In this document: positions 27,866-43,033 of the stretch, piece after piece
Position numbering within the stretch: the stretch's first letter is position 1
How the letters are laid out: each line of letters opens with the position of its first letter
Assembly: GCA_012295275.1 (NCBI GenBank)
Contig: CM022665.1
Location: 13,330,001 to 13,394,000, forward strand
Source: Chrysomallon squamiferum
Lineage: Eukaryota; Animalia; Mollusca
Direction: 5' to 3'
DNA: 64,000 nucleotides
Notes under the pieces: model-generated
Databases searched by the model: none
Seen by the model: the letters and a program-made list of their open reading frames with translations, nothing else
What the model was told of the DNA's origin: nothing
Translations under genes and position numbers: made by a program

Positions 27866-30227
27866 GTGTGTGTGTGTGTGTGCGCGCGCGCGCGTTTATA
27901 TTTGTCTAAGTGCAAATGCACTCGTGGCCACCTAGATAATCACACAGCTCTCAATATTTTATTATAAACAAATAAAATCTCAAATAAATTTTTCGGTCAG
28001 TTAAACTTTTGATGTAATTGTTTATCCATTGAAAGAAAAAAGAAAATAATAATAAAATAATAATATAATAATTTTTTTTTTTTTAAGATGAAGTAGAAAC
28101 AATGATTATATTAAACATATTTTATTTGCATCATTCCATGACTGATATCTTGTAAATCAATACTGACATCGAATGTAATAACTAATTAAAACAAAAACAG
28201 TCAATAGCTTACTTCTCACTATTCATTCGCCATTTTTCTTTTCTTTTCTTTTTTTATAATTTATTTTTTCAATATTATTTTTCATTTCTATCTAATTACT
28301 ATATTATTATTGGGTTTTTTTAATATCGTAATTTATTCTGTGTTTTCATTTTGTTTTTAAAAAAGCCCATTGACAATTACTCTGTGATCTTGCATATACG
28401 TGTGTGTACGTGCACGTATATCCATGTACGTTGTAAAACAAACTAGAACGGGAAACAATACCATTAAATCACAAATCACATAGCAAACATTTGATAATTT
28501 CAGTTACTTCTATGAATGTCGAAAATGAGATTTACTCTTCTTTTCTTTTCTCTTTTTTTTTATTTGTTTATTTTTTTTTTTTTTTAGATTTTTAAAAAAT
28601 ATCTTATTTTTATTTTATTTTTTATTATTATTTTCTCTGCAGGTTATGCTGGTACGAAAAAACAAACGACAACTTTCAGCTAATCGATCGTCGTGTTAAC
28701 ATTAACTGTTCAAATAAATTAGTCAACATGATCTAAAGCTCTGTAGTTTTGTATTTGTATTAAAGAAATTGAAACGTAAAAAAAAAAAAAAAAAAAATCA
28801 GGTATCAGATTAAAATATTTCATCATTAAAGTTATGATTATCAATTCGTGTATGTATATCAATATGCTGTACGTATGTATGTATTCTTTGTGTGTCTATA
28901 TGACTGTATGTATGCATGGATTTCTTTCTTTTTTTGTTTGGATGAATAGATAGATTGATAGATAGATACAGACAGGCAGGCAGGAAGTGAAACAGACAAA
29001 TAAATATAAACAGATATACAGATATAAAGATTCTCTGGTGTTAATCAACAAATCAAACGTAACCCATAGTGAGGTTCTTTCTCTATAACTATGATTTTCA
29101 AGTATGATATTATTAAACCCCAGATGAAAAATGTATTCGTGCGTTGTTAAATAAAACATTTCTTTCTTCCTTCAACTTAAATATTCACCTTAATTCGTTA
29201 TTTTCTCTCGTCCGCTGATACTACCATATGGTCAAGAAAAACGCTCTCATTATTAATGTAAGTACTAGGAAGTGTGTTAATGGACACTTTAGAATAAAGA
29301 AACGGTTGAATAATTCTCACGATGTCTCAACGGAATAACCCAGTGTCGAGTGTATACAAAAATTCCAATAGATGTGTGAAAATAATGTTATTTATCGTTA
29401 ACTTCCTCAATTTTTTTATGACCTTAAAAGTACAGAAATGAGACATATTAAGTCATATGAATAAAGGAACAAATATATTGTTTTTTGAATTCTTGATTTC
29501 CAAGGATAAATCTGCATAAATCAGCATTTGTATTGTTCATGTTTTAGTTGGAACTGGATACAAACTTATAAATCATAATAAAATAACAATTTGTTTTATT
29601 ACAGTCATTCTTTATTCTCAGCAAAAAACTGGACATAAAAAATAAAAAAATAAAAAAAATAAAAATTAAGATTTTTCTTTGCAATAAAAGAGCAAGATGT
29701 TAAATAATTTCATTTATATTTTATGTTGTTGTTGTGGTTTGGAGATTTAATTTTTCTCCATTAACAGTTGATCGTGTGTATTACATTTCAACTCTTCACC
29801 TGGAACCATTTCCGCTCAAAAGGTGCAATAAAACATCGGTACCTACTTAACAAGCTAGCAGTAGTTCGTTAACCGAACAATGAACTGACAACGTAACACA
29901 TTTATCCCATGGCTTAGTCAACAGGACTGCTTTGTTTGCGCATTAAGTAAATAGAAAAAAAAAATAATAATAATAATAATAATAATCATAAAAATAAAAA
30001 GAACTGATGAGGGTCAACAGAATCAGTAGCTATGATATTTTTGCTATTATTTAATATTTCAGGGGTATCGAATTTTCAATGTCATTGTTTGACCATAATA
30101 AAGTACATAATATGCAGTTTATTTTTATCACCATCATTATTATTAGAAGTAGTGGTATCATCATCATCATAATTGATATGATCATCATCATAATAATTAT
30201 CATTGCTATTATCATCATTATTAGATT

Positions 30228-30265
<38 letters not shown>

Positions 30266-30650
30266 GTTATTGTTATTATTAAACGTTTCGTATTCTTGTT
30301 CTCTTTCGTCTTCACTTTTCCTCAGTCTGTTTCTGTATATAAATACTTGTGCACGTGTACAAATTAATGTGTTGTTGCAGTTACTTTGTTCTTTAACTTA
30401 ACTATTACTTTTAATTCTTTTTCTTCCCATGTATATATATAATTTTTAATTTTCTTTCTTTCTTTCTCTTTATTATTATTATTAAATTATTATTATTAAA
30501 TTATTATTATTATTATTATTATTATTATTTTATTATTTATTTTTCTTATTTTTTGAAATACTATGTTAATAAGTACAACTATACTCTCAAAATAATAAAC
30601 CAAAGCAAAAAAGAAAAGAAAAGAAAAGACATTTATTGGACTGACACTCT

Positions 30651-30759
30651 ACCGGAACGTCTTCCGGTCTGCGATGGCTTAGTTCGTGCGACTTACGCTG
30701 TATTTGCTAACTCAGGTAGAACCAGAAAACTGGTTTACCAGTCAAGCTGAGTAATCAAG
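30651..30759 (+). promoter_or_regulatory. Promoter-like island with inverted ETS pair; candidate first exon
   Basis: ACCGGAA-cgtc-TTCCGGT at 30651-30668, a CpG-rich run, and possible donors CAG|GTAGAA (30715) and AAG|GTATAA (30759). Confidence 0.35.
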
Positions 30760-31161
30760 GTATAAATTACTAATTGAACCAAATTATTTACGGGCATTGA
30801 TTATACTCGCTCGTAAACAGTGCAATTGATGAAGGAATTAAAGTTTGCACGTCCTAACAACTTCTGTTTCCTGGTTTTCTTGTCCATATTAAACATTAGA
30901 AATAATTTGACTGTCAGACAAACACTGAGAAATTTGGAAAAAAAACAGTGGTAGAAGGTAGGAGTTGTTGATATACTCTCCATTTACTCTTACCTCTGCC
31001 TACCTACCTACCTCTGTATCTCTTTCAATCTGTCTATCTCTGTTTCTGTATTTTAGTGAGTCTGTCTCTCTCGCTATTTCAATCTATCTGTCTGTCTGCT
31101 CTCTAATTCAGTCTCTCTGTCTGTCTGTCTCTTTCTCAGTCCTTCTCTCTCTCTTTCTTTT

Positions 31162-31198
<37 letters not shown>

Positions 31199-31265
31199 CC
31201 CTCTGTTTCAGTATGTCTATCTGTCTGTCTGTCTCTCTATCTCAGACTATCTCAATCTCTATTTC

Positions 31266-31377
<112 letters not shown>

Positions 31378-33204
31378 GTTTTTCTCATTAGTTGCGATTT
31401 TTAAATGTCTTTATTCATTCATTATTATTTTTGTTTTTGTAATCGTCTTTGTCGTTATTATTGTACTTGTTCTTGTTCAGATTTCTTTTTCCTTTTCTTC
31501 TTCTTTTCATTTTTGTTATTGCTTTTATTATTATATTATTAAGTATTAAGTAATCAATAATAATAGTAATAATAATAAATTCATTCATTCATTAATAAAC
31601 TAAAATAAACTAATAAGTTAATAGAAATAATAATAATATTATTATTGTTATTATCATCATCATCATCACCATCATATCTTTAAAGTTTGGCTTACATTTA
31701 TCACTTCGATAAGGACATTAGCACTAATCTCTGATATTTGTATAAAACAATAATAATTTAAAAACAGAAAACAATCAGTTCTTTTTATTTTCACTAGAAG
31801 ATTCTTAAAGAAATGACGAAAAAAACAACGAAAAAAGCAATTTATTCAATAAATGTATTCAAACAAATAATTTTTTTTTTTCACCGAGCCCCCTCTCATT
31901 TTTTATCATGCATTGTCTTTTAGATGCGTATGCAAATGTAATTACATCACATGAATATTTAATTACTTGTGACATCAAACGCAGTAATGCTTGGTCGGTC
32001 GGTAGTCGAAACGTGACATTTTCCATCACTTCAGAGACCAATGAATACTTTACAATGTCTGTTTAACGCTTTTTAAATATGAGCTTTTGTATTGTGCATC
32101 CTATTATAATTATTTTTTTTTTTTTTTAATTCTAATTGTCTTTTCCCCATTGTTTCTTAATTTTGTTTAATTGTTTTTATTTTTAGTATCATTGTATATT
32201 TTGTTTTTTACACACACGCATACAAATAAACCCACAGAAGTTATATCAGCAGTCTCCTATAATTACAGTTCTTTTAAGTAATTAAATTACTCATATACTT
32301 TACTAAACATCAGTTCGTACTGTATATTTAAAATAAAATAATAATAATAATAATAATAATAAATTTAAAAAATGTGTTAAATTAAAATTTAATCATTGCA
32401 AAGTTGCAGTATTATCAGGATTCGAATTATTATTTAGCTTGATTTGTTGTTTTTACCAGTATTTCATTCAAATAAAATGCGTTATTAAGGTGATTTTTCT
32501 AATCAAAATTAATAATAAAATTAATTTTTTAATATATTCTTTATCAATACGTTAATTTCATTCTGTCTGTCTTTTTGCCTGTCCTTTTATAACTCTATTT
32601 ATCTGTCTGTCTGTCTGTATCTATATTTCCATCCATCCGTCCTTAGATCTAACCATCCATCCAACCATCCATCCATTCGTCTGTCTATCTACCAACCTAC
32701 CTACCTGTGTGTAACTCTTTTATTCTTTGTCTTTCTGTCTACATCTATCTCACTTTCTTTCGTTCTTTTGATGTCTTTCTTTCTTTCCTGTCTTTCTCAC
32801 CTACAAACACTTAACTTTGCTGGTGACGCGTTTGTATAAATTAGTGAGAGCTGTTATCTTATAATTACAAAGCAGAGTGAATTTTACAACTGAACACTGT
32901 TACTTCAAATCTGAAAACTGAGACAAAATTAATTTTAGAAAACGATACATTTAATCATGTTTTTTGGTTTTTTTTATCTTCCTTTAATTATGGTTTGTAC
33001 GTCATGTTAAAAGTAATACGATCCATGAAAATACTAGTGAGAATTAACCGAAGATAGATTATATGACAGCAATTCCTTATTAAAGCTAATTGTTGTACAG
33101 TTAATTATAATAATCAGTAAAACACTGTCATCAGAACTTTGGTGAATAATGACTTTATCTGATGTCTGTTAGAAGCAACTAGCTGTGATTTTGTAACTGT
33201 AGTA

Positions 33205-33620
33205 TCGTATTGTTTATTAGCTTTAAGCCTTACGGCTCAGTGGCTTACAATTCATATAAAGAATAAAGAAACATAAACAGGTGACAAGTGGTACTACAAA
33301 TGGAGGATGGACAATTATATATATTGAGAGTTAATGTTTAAGGTAATTTAAAATATTTATCAATATTAAACAATTCTTTTCTATTTTCAACTGATAACAG
33401 TTGCACGGGTTTAAATACAAATGGTTTATCCCAGTAATATTTCTGAATATCTAACAATCGTAAATTCATATACAAAGGATATTTCAAAATAAAATGGTAT
33501 TCATTTTCCACAACATTCATATTACACATTTGACATCTTTGTTTTGATTTTTCAGTATTATAATATCTGCCTTTTTCAACCAATAATGCGTGGGCAGAAA
33601 CTCGAAACCCATAATAAATG
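33205..33620 (-). mobile_element. 5'-truncated non-LTR retrotransposon (LINE) 3' fragment
   Basis: The minus-strand translation GFRVSAHALLVEKGRYYNTEKSKQRCQMCNMNVVENEYHFIL..PLY..LR matches the typical C-terminal tail of invertebrate LINE ORF2 proteins (R.S.H.L..E.GRY...R.C..C....E.EYHF...CP.Y..LR). Downstream are a stem-loop (taagcc...ggctta) and AATAAA. Confidence 0.75.
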
Positions 33621-36589
33621 AAACATCGTTACGTATGATAAACTTTCAAAACAAAAACTGCCCCATTACCGAGGAAATAACTTAACTGTTTTTAATTAAC
33701 AGTTTATCGTTTAAGAACGAATAAATAATTCATTAGTGTTGTACTGCAGCCAAAAGTTTTAGCTCTCGGTTTTTGCTAATAATAAAATATTACAGAAACA
33801 ACAAAAATAAATAAATATGTAAAATTAAAACAAGAAGTAAAAGCAAAAAATGCAAATGAAATGAAATAAAATAGATAAGTAGATAACTAAATAAAAAAAA
33901 AATAAAAAAATAAAAATAAAAATAATAATAATAATAATAACAATAATATTGTTATTATTGCAGTTTTTGCATTTGTTATTAATATAACTGACTGTGGTAT
34001 GCCAACCACAGCAACATCTTAATACAAATACATGTACTATTAATTAGTGCACACAAATAAGCTGATTAGCACCGTGAACTACCACTACGTTAATTAATCC
34101 GTTTATTAATAATATAGTCCGTACCATAGCTTCTGTGTTAAAATACATCACGAAACAACTAATTCCATAGCCCTGTCAGTCTCTCTGGTATTCATTTAAT
34201 GCATCAGTTATTATTTATTGTTATATACACTCAAATATATGCATATACATAAATGCATTCATATATATATATATATCTCACTAATCAGCATACAAACATG
34301 CATACATACGAACATACACACACACACACACATACATACATACATACATACATACATACATACATACATACATACATACTCATATATGCATACATGTACA
34401 TACAATATTCCCGTTATAATAGCATTACTTATAACTTATATCATTTTGAATCCCATACTTTCGCGTCTTGTCAGCGGCATCTGACTTTTGTAGTAAGGTC
34501 GTGCTTAGACTTCATCCTCCTGGTGCCAGTTCGTTCCTGAATATTGCGTATGTGGAATGTCTAATCAGACGTACTTTTGACAACACAGTATTTATTCCTA
34601 AATACATACATATATATATACATGCTTACATATTTTGCTTAAATATACACACACACAAGCATATAATGCGTATACATACATATCTATTCCTATTATAATA
34701 AAACTGATGATAACATATATCATTATAATTGTCAATTCTTGTTATTCTCTATACCTGTCTCTGCGTATGTGTATGTGCGTCTGAATGTATATTTACATTT
34801 TAGATTATTGTAATATATTATTATTTACAGAGATAACCTAACTCAATAGCTAATATCTATCCATTGTTACTTGGCAGACACCATTTATATATCAAACATC
34901 ATTATGAATGTCTGTTAGAGCGTTTTGAGTGAACTTGCAAGCTGTTGCGTGCATAAGGAGAATTGCGTGACTCGAGCTTAATTCTGAAATAAACAGTGGA
35001 AATCCGTTGCTCTTGGAAATCACTTTGGCAGACGGCTGCAGACTCACGTCCTTGACTTGCGAAGATACATCGTGATATTTCGGAAATTGTTCTTCATAGC
35101 AATTTCTCTTGCTGTCTGTCGTACGGAAAATACGTGAATTTGTTTTTCCTTTGGTTTTATCACTTTTTATTGTTTTTGATGCTGTTATTATTTTTAAAAT
35201 TTCTTCACTATTTTTGTTTTCTTCTGCTGTGTCCTTTTTGTATTTTATTTATTTAATTATTCTTTTTTCTTTAGTTTCTTTCTTTCCTTCTTTCTTTCTT
35301 CTTCTTCTTATTCTTCTAATTATTATTATTATTATTACTTTTTTTACTGTTTATTTACGAAATATTTAGTGTAAAGATACAATAAATTTGATAGTCATTT
35401 AGTTTTTCTCCATTCCTTGTTTTGAGAGGTTTTACTCAATATTTATCTACGATTTTTTGTTTTACTGTTAGTTATGATATCAAACTACACAGACCAATTT
35501 TCGCATGTAAAATCAACCATTTTTTTCCTTCTTGTCTTCAACTTTTATAAAGACAACCATTTTCTTGCGTATCGATATAAGTTAATAAAATCTAGTGCGC
35601 AGCGGCAATGTCTTTTTTGAAATTATTACTTTCAAGTCAGTTTTGATTAGAAAGTAAAAATAAAAAAATAAATAAATACAGTACAATACAATACAATACA
35701 AAGCCAAGTACATTTCCAAAACAGATCGTCGCCGTTCATTTCACTTGTTTCGGTTACAAAGAATATTTTTGCATGTACACCGGTTATGGCGATAATAGGT
35801 GCCTGTATTAACGTTGGAAAAATAATTGATTTGACAAACACTGAAGTGATAGTATGTTTATGCAGCTTTTTCATATGTGCACTAACATTATATATAATGT
35901 TCTTTTCTGACTGTAGAAAGAACGTTACCAGCTAATACTTAATTTTCTTACCTTTCGTGTATTACTATTTTATTTTATTATTATATATATTTATTTTAGT
36001 TTATAATTTTAAGTGGTCAGCTTTGCATAGATTATAAAATGTATTATTCAGTTATCTAACCTTAACGACATTGAATAAGAAATAAATAATTGATTGCTTG
36101 CGGTTTAAAAATTATATTGTTAATGTAACTTTTTTATTTTATTTTTATTTTCTGATTTTTATTTTTATTTTTGAAACTCAAAATATATTGCATTTTGCAA
36201 GTAGAAGTCTTTGTTCATCGTTTAATAAAACATTTATTCGTTCGTTCATTCTTTCATGTAATCGTTAATGAATTGCTTATTTTGTTCATTAATTCATTTG
36301 TTTATTTAATCATTCAAGCAGATGATAGAATGAGTGATATACTGGTATCGTATTAACTCCCTGGTAGATTTATACTTCATTAATATCATTTACTTACATA
36401 AATAAATTCACATTCGCTTTACTTGCTATCTTCAGTATTTCTGTTTATTTTGTGACTGTTTCTTAGTTCTTCAGAAAACCTCATGTTTATGACTTGTTTG
36501 TTTGATTTGTTTATGGCGTATATTGCTTGTGAAATACCTTATCAACATTTTTTTCATTCGTGTATATCACGGCACTTAGATGTCACTGC

Positions 36590-36850
36590 GGATCAAGTTC
36601 AATGTAGATGATGATTGCACATGCCGTGTATCGTAACACCCTGACATGCGCAGTAGAAGCCAGTCGACGCGCTGGGTATTAGCCGTTGGTCGCTCTGCAT
36701 TACACCCGAGTTTGCCAATCAATAAGAAGTCTTTTTTTTCGTATTTGTTCAGTCTGTCAGTTTTTCTTATTACGCGAACTTTATCTCTTTTTTCACTCAC
36801 AGGGGAGCGATGCGTTTTGATTTGGATATTACTGTTTTCTTATTACAAAG
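36590..36850 (+). promoter_or_regulatory. Promoter-like CpG-containing island and candidate first exon
   Basis: NRF1-like CATGCGCA (36645), GC/CpG-enriched sequence, CCAAT near 36715, and a strong donor AAG|GTGAGA at 36850. Confidence 0.4.
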
Positions 36851-37204
36851 GTGAGAACTATTTTTGAAGTGTTCCTAAATGAATTTAATTTACCTGTACT
36901 CTTATTCCCCTTTTTTGTTTTTCATTTTTATTTATTGTTTAATTTTAGATAATAAATTAGCAGTATTATTTTGGATTTATGATGTAGAAAAAAAACGAAA
37001 ATGGTGTCAACGTTAAATTTACTTTGCACTCATTTTTAAGTTCGGTATTAATTTATATCTTATATATATGAGAAAATACATATAATAAATCAAGAACTTT
37101 TGAATACCTTAGCAAGTTCATTGAGATAGCACAATTTTTACAGTAAAAGGTAAACGATTTACATAGATTGCGTCAACCACAAACTATTTTCCAAAATATA
37201 TATC

Positions 37205-37520
37205 ACCTTAGGATGCGGATCGGGCTACGTTGTCCAGTTCTGAAGCGTAATATCGCAAAATCAGTCCTCACTGGTGTATCTGTTTAGTTATTTTACTCGT
37301 TCCATTCAGTACTGATTTATCAAAGATCGTTGTGGGTTTTTTTTTTATTATGAAAAAATATATATAAAAGATCCCTAGCTATTTGTCGTTTAGGCAGTCG
37401 TTTTCCTCTTTGATTTTATCTTCACAAAAATCAACAACAAAACCAACATAAGTCTTGCACCTAACAGCCGTTAATAAATACAAAATGTGTTGAGCATTTT
37501 TTAAATAAAAATGTCCATTT
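37205..37520 (+). mobile_element. Decayed tRNA-derived SINE-like element
   Basis: Central 'tatataaaagatccctagct' block is shared with 41090, and the tail reads 'aaaatgtgttgag...ttaaataaaa'. It resembles molluscan SINE families as recalled; not verified by search. Confidence 0.55.
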
Positions 37521-40400
37521 ATTTATTCTTTCAAATAAATGATCTGAAATATTCTGTTAAAAATTAATATAATTATATAAGAGTCTACGGAATATACAGA
37601 GACACTTTCATACCTCTTGCATTATATATAATGGCTGTAATACAAACCTTTAATTTATTACTAGTTGTGATTAGTTCTTCGAATACATCCAACAGATTAT
37701 TTAATAAGTGTGCCCAGATCAGATTTGTTCCAACCCTAAATATTGACTATATCATCAAATGCAAAATTGATGATTGTTCTCTCAGTGAAATTATATATTG
37801 AAAAATTCACTCAGAAGATGCCTACTAGTGTTTCTTTTTTATTTATTCATAATTATATTTTGTTGTTATTACTTTTATATATTAGTATTATTTTTATTAT
37901 TATTAATTCTTTTTTTCTCTCAAAAAAACCAGAATCTTTATCCTCCAGTCTAACGCCATTTGTATTTTGGCACGCATGCGTGTCTTTAGTTCTTGGCCTT
38001 GATTGTCTTAGCATTATTTTATTAGCCTCTGTAAACCATTTTGCTCTGCCGTACTCTCTCGGGGATTATCTACTTGGCTATACAAAAGCTTTTCTCTTTC
38101 TTCAAGTGGCTTTAAATCGTGGCTATATTCTTTTTCTATGTAACTTAGCTTTTATTAACTTTATTCTCTCGATTTGTTTACTTTTGTGAATACGACTTTA
38201 AGAGTAGGCGTACTTTGTGATTTCTCTGTGTATTATTTTCATAGCATTCTGCTGTTGTTTTTTTAAATGCATCGTGTAATTGTTAAAGATTTAGCTTTCT
38301 CTTTATAAAATACGTATAAATACACTTTTTTTTTTCTTTCTTTCTTAACATAATTCATATCGAAAGACCAGTTATACAAATACGAGGTAAATGATAAAAG
38401 TCAACAGTTAAAATATCTATGTCACGGATAATCTCACATTTTTTTTTTTTTTTAAATTGCTTAATTCATTTTAACAGTTTAAATTAAAATCTATTCTTTT
38501 TTATTCTATTTTTATCATTATTTCACATTGTAAATCATATCCTGATTTTTTATTTAATGTATACCTTTGTATTTTCTCTCAATTTATTACCTACGTATCT
38601 TAGTTAAGTTCATTTTTTTTTTTTTAATTCACAATTTAATATTATGTGTATAAGAGTAAGAAGGGAAAATAGCTGTATGCATGTGCATTGCATACTTGTC
38701 CATATAACTTTATTATTAAGAAAGATTAATCAGGAAGAATTAAAATTAATTATTATGCATACAAAAGGCATTTAACCTATTTGTTCACTTTTACAGCAGG
38801 TTTAATATTATAGAAAGAATATATTTGATTACGGCTGTTTAACGCAGACCATGATGTTTTGACTACCTAGGTGTTAATTGCTCTATTGTTATCGTGAGTA
38901 TTGCGCTTTATAATGGCGCGCATCGGATCAACAGTCGATGTTAGTTAAGTTCCTGTGACACTTGCATACATACGTAATATGATTTCATTTTTGTACAGTA
39001 TGTATTGAGAATGTTATTGTAACAGGTACGTTATAATAATATACAGGTCTTGTGAGAAACAGAGTTTGTACCGTTGAAAACAAAATGGCATAATCAACAG
39101 AGGTAATACAAATAGCAATACCGTTCAACAAGCTTGTACTATATATAACCATATTGAGAAAGATAGAGAGACAGATTTCGAAACAAAGCATAAACAGGAA
39201 CAAAAACATCAACGTAACTGTTAAACAGTAATAAGACAAAATCATCGCGGTATGATTTCTTTCTTTCTTCATTCTTTCATTCGGGCATCATTACCGTAAT
39301 AAATTCAATAATTTATCTAGCTTTAAAATTTAGACATTTTTTCTTGTGAAAATTAATTTGAAATAATTTATGCGATGAAGAGCTTAGCAGAAACAAAAAT
39401 CTACATTTTTTTAGTTTCCTGTATTTAAAAACACGATATACTAATTAGTCTTTATGTGTGGTTGTAAAACTTTTTCATTTTTACCTTAAATTTTTTTTTA
39501 TAAGTATGAAACATGATAAAATAAGTTCACTGGTATGTAGTGGGACAGAGATAGCCAGATGGAAATAAAGACAGCTAAAGAAAGATATATGATTTTTCAT
39601 TTCTTTTCTATGAACTTTTAATTTTTACTTATTTATCCTATACACTTAATTATTACATTTAATCACAGAGGTCAGTATTTAGTAAACTTGAAAACATTAT
39701 TTATCGTAATAATTTCCCATTAAATGTAAAAGAATATCAATGAATTATTTATGACCAGCGACATTAACGAAGAATGGAAGCGGGAACTTTTTATTTAACA
39801 CATATACGTTAGCACTCCCTTAGCTTAAAATATTTAATAAAGTTACCATCGGGTGTTATGGAAATTTTTAAATTTACTTTTAATGTCTACGATTTAATTA
39901 AGAGTGTGACATATTCACAGTTCCTAATTAAGCTGTAATACAATATTTTTCTCTTTAATATTTCGGTCGCTACCTTGTTGTGTAGTAATTATTTGTCATG
40001 CGCAGTCAATACTTCCTGCTAATTTGATAGCGTAACTCTTTTAGTTACATGATAATTGTACAAACGTGTTAATGGAAAATCATAATAACAATGTTTGTAA
40101 AAGACGTTGACACCTGTTTTCCGGTTACTATTTTGTGATGACGTTGACAGATAGTCATGGATTTCTATTCATATTTTTATTATTGTTATTATTTCCCCAT
40201 TCATTTATCATTGTCAGCAATGTTGTTATCATTTACCACATAATTTATCTAAACGTGAATTCGCGTATTCTGTTACTGATAGAGACTGTGTGTACGTGCG
40301 CGCGTAGACACACAAAGATAATTTTGTTATATATTAACGTTTTAATTAAGCAATCTTAACATCATAATAATATGTCAGAAATAAATATTAAAGAATTACG

Positions 40401-40435
<35 letters not shown>

Positions 40436-40503
40436 TTCTGTTTTGTTCATAAATATTAGAACCTAGAAGTTGACACATCTAAACATGTAAGAATGATGAT
40501 CAG

Positions 40504-40504
<1 letters not shown>

Positions 40505-40559
<55 letters not shown>
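40505..40559. repeat. (AAT)n microsatellite
   Basis: Direct reading. Confidence 0.95.
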
Positions 40560-40560
<1 letters not shown>

Positions 40561-41084
40561 GTTATAACTGTTAGTAACTGGATATCTTCAGTGCCAAATG
40601 GGTAATTTTCCTGTTTCAGCTTTGCCCTATGTAGGGTGGTCATTTCCAAATTTCCAAAAAGGACATTTTTTTGACAATTTGGTGACACTTTATTGCACCT
40701 AAATTAAACGTTTAATGATGAGTTGGAATATAAAAACATTGTACAAAATATACAAAATGTATTCAGAAGTGCTGATTTGTCAAATATCTCTATAATGTAA
40801 TGAGAGCTATTTAGTTATTTTTCAAAAGTTTCATTTTTTATTTTATTTTTTAATTTTAATTTTTTAAATTTTTTTAATGAATGCATCGTATATATTTGCA
40901 TATAATTATGATACGTTTTATACATACAGTATAAATGAAGATCTAAAAGAAATTAATATTCATTTTTACACCTTCTGGAACAGCAGCCACTCCCACAAGA
41001 GGACAAATTAAGGTGTGGTTTAGGTGGGGCAGGACGGGGGACAGAGTGTTACCAGGACGTCTGGCCATCTAGCCGCAAGACGGT

Positions 41085-41235
41085 CTATTTAAAAGATCCC
41101 TTGTTGTTGATTGATAATTAAGAGTAGCCCATTAACAGAGGCAACGAGTACCCCCCCCCCGCGTTTGATCTAAGTACCGTCATCTAATATATGTTTTGAT
41201 ATAATCGATTAAGACGCCATTAAATAAATATCCTA
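41085..41235 (+). mobile_element. Decayed SINE-like fragment
   Basis: 'taaaagatcccttgttg...aagagtagcccatt...gccattaaataaata' is related to the 37205 copy. Confidence 0.5.
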
Positions 41236-41684
41236 TCGTTTAATCAGTTATCATATAAATAAATAAATAATTAGTAAAAAATATTATAATAATAAGTAAG
41301 TAAATAAGTAAGTAAATAAATAAATAAATAAAAAGTAAATAAGTGAACAAACAAACAAATAAACAAATAAATAAAACATTAACACAAAAATCTTCAAAAG
41401 GAAACCCTAAATAAAATCACTACAATCGATACGTAAACAATGAATAACAAATCATGTTGAAAATATTTCACTTTTAGCAAATGATTTAAATGAAACAAGA
41501 CAATGCAGGTAATTAAATGATATTTTAAAACTGAACAGCATCAAAATAATTTAAATAATAATAATAATAATAAATCGATATAAATGAATAAATGAATGAA
41601 TGAATGAATAAATAAATAATAACTATAAGGAATAAATAAATAAATAAATAAATAACAGAGATAAACGTGCAATTTTACGTACTT

Positions 41685-41782
41685 TGTCGCAGATGAAAGT
41701 CATGACGAGTCACAGACAACAACTCATAACGTCACAATAGACGCTGGTTTCCGTGGATTCCTTCGTGAAGTTTTCCGTGCGG
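41685..41782 (+). promoter_or_regulatory. Proximal promoter-like island and candidate non-coding first exon of the 355-aa ORF gene
   Basis: CpG-rich patch with AP-1/CRE-like 'gagtca' and 'acgtca', an X-box-like GTTTCCGTGGA, and a donor CGG|GTAAAG at 41782; acceptor at 42889. Confidence 0.35.
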
Positions 41783-42399
41783 GTAAAGTACCGTGTATAA
41801 AATAGGGACGACCGAAATAATTCAAATGTTAAATATGCTATTATTAAGTTAAAACGTATCAAGTTTATGTTCCTAATTGTATTTATCTCACTTTTCGTCC
41901 ATACGTATGATTTGTATTTACATAATTTTTATCGTTGATATAGATGTTTTTTGTATATCACTATTATTCGTTCTAATAATATGTTTTATTTATGCTTTAG
42001 ATATCTGTCTTAGATATTTGTTTTAAGATATTATTAGGTTTACATATTAGTTTTATGCGTCTGTTTTGTATACAAGTTTTACATACCATTTTTAGATATT
42101 AGTTTTATATGTCTGTTTTATATATTTGTTTTATTTGTGTTTTATTTTACGTATATGTTTTAAATGCTGTTTTATATATCGGTTCTACGCATCTGTTACA
42201 TATCTTCAAGATTTGTTTTAAACATACATTCTCATATCATTCTTTGACAGGCACTTAAACAGATTTCACAACAGTCAGCGTATTAGAAACTAAAATTGTA
42301 TATAATATAAATAACTCTACACTGATAACTGCACGTTCTATAACTGATGGGTAGTTGTTATCTAGTTCTAACATTTAAAAAAGGGTTGTAATGCACTGT

Positions 42400-42565
42400 T
42401 TAGAGTAAGGGATCACACGTATTATGTTCTAAGGTCAATCCTCATCAAAGCTAAGTCCTATTGCAGCTAATGTTCCCATGCTAGTTTGTGGTATGTGTTT
42501 CCTGTCTGTGGTAAGATGTATATGTAAAAAAAAAAAAACCTGCTGCCGCAAGGTTCCTATTTTAT
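42400..42565 (+). mobile_element. Decayed SINE-like fragment
   Basis: 'gtggtatgtgtttcctgtctgtggtaagatgtatatgtaaaa...cctgctg' resembles the central domain of the same family. Confidence 0.45.
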
Positions 42566-43033
42566 GATAATTATTCGTCTGCATAAATTAAAATAAAGGA
42601 AAGTAAATTTCGTAAACTCATAGTGTTATTCGTTAATATATATGTATAAATTAAGGGGGAAGAAAGTCAGCCTAAAACTTTTTAAAATAAAACTTTCTTC
42701 CCTCGAATGATAACATTTAACGGCTCCATATTTAGGGATATTACTTTAAACTGTTTATCTTTTATCACACACACACACATACACTTGAAAATAATATATA
42801 TGTCTATATATCTATATTTGTAGTTGTTGTTGTTTTTGTTGTTTTTCAGGGTACTGTATATACAATATATTTTATTTTTTATTTTTCAGTTTCGTCAACA
42901 ACACTAAATCATCAGGTTAAATAAACCATAAACAGAACTCTGGCGGAAATAACAAAGTTGTAATTTACACGCTTCCCCATGACAAACTAAACTCATATTT
43001 TATTAAGGTATGGTTTAAATCTACAGCAAATTC

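Noticed and set aside
37743-38189. 148-aa hydrophobic ORF
   Set aside because: Non-ATG start, and the F/L/I bias reflects T-rich DNA; no recognisable domain
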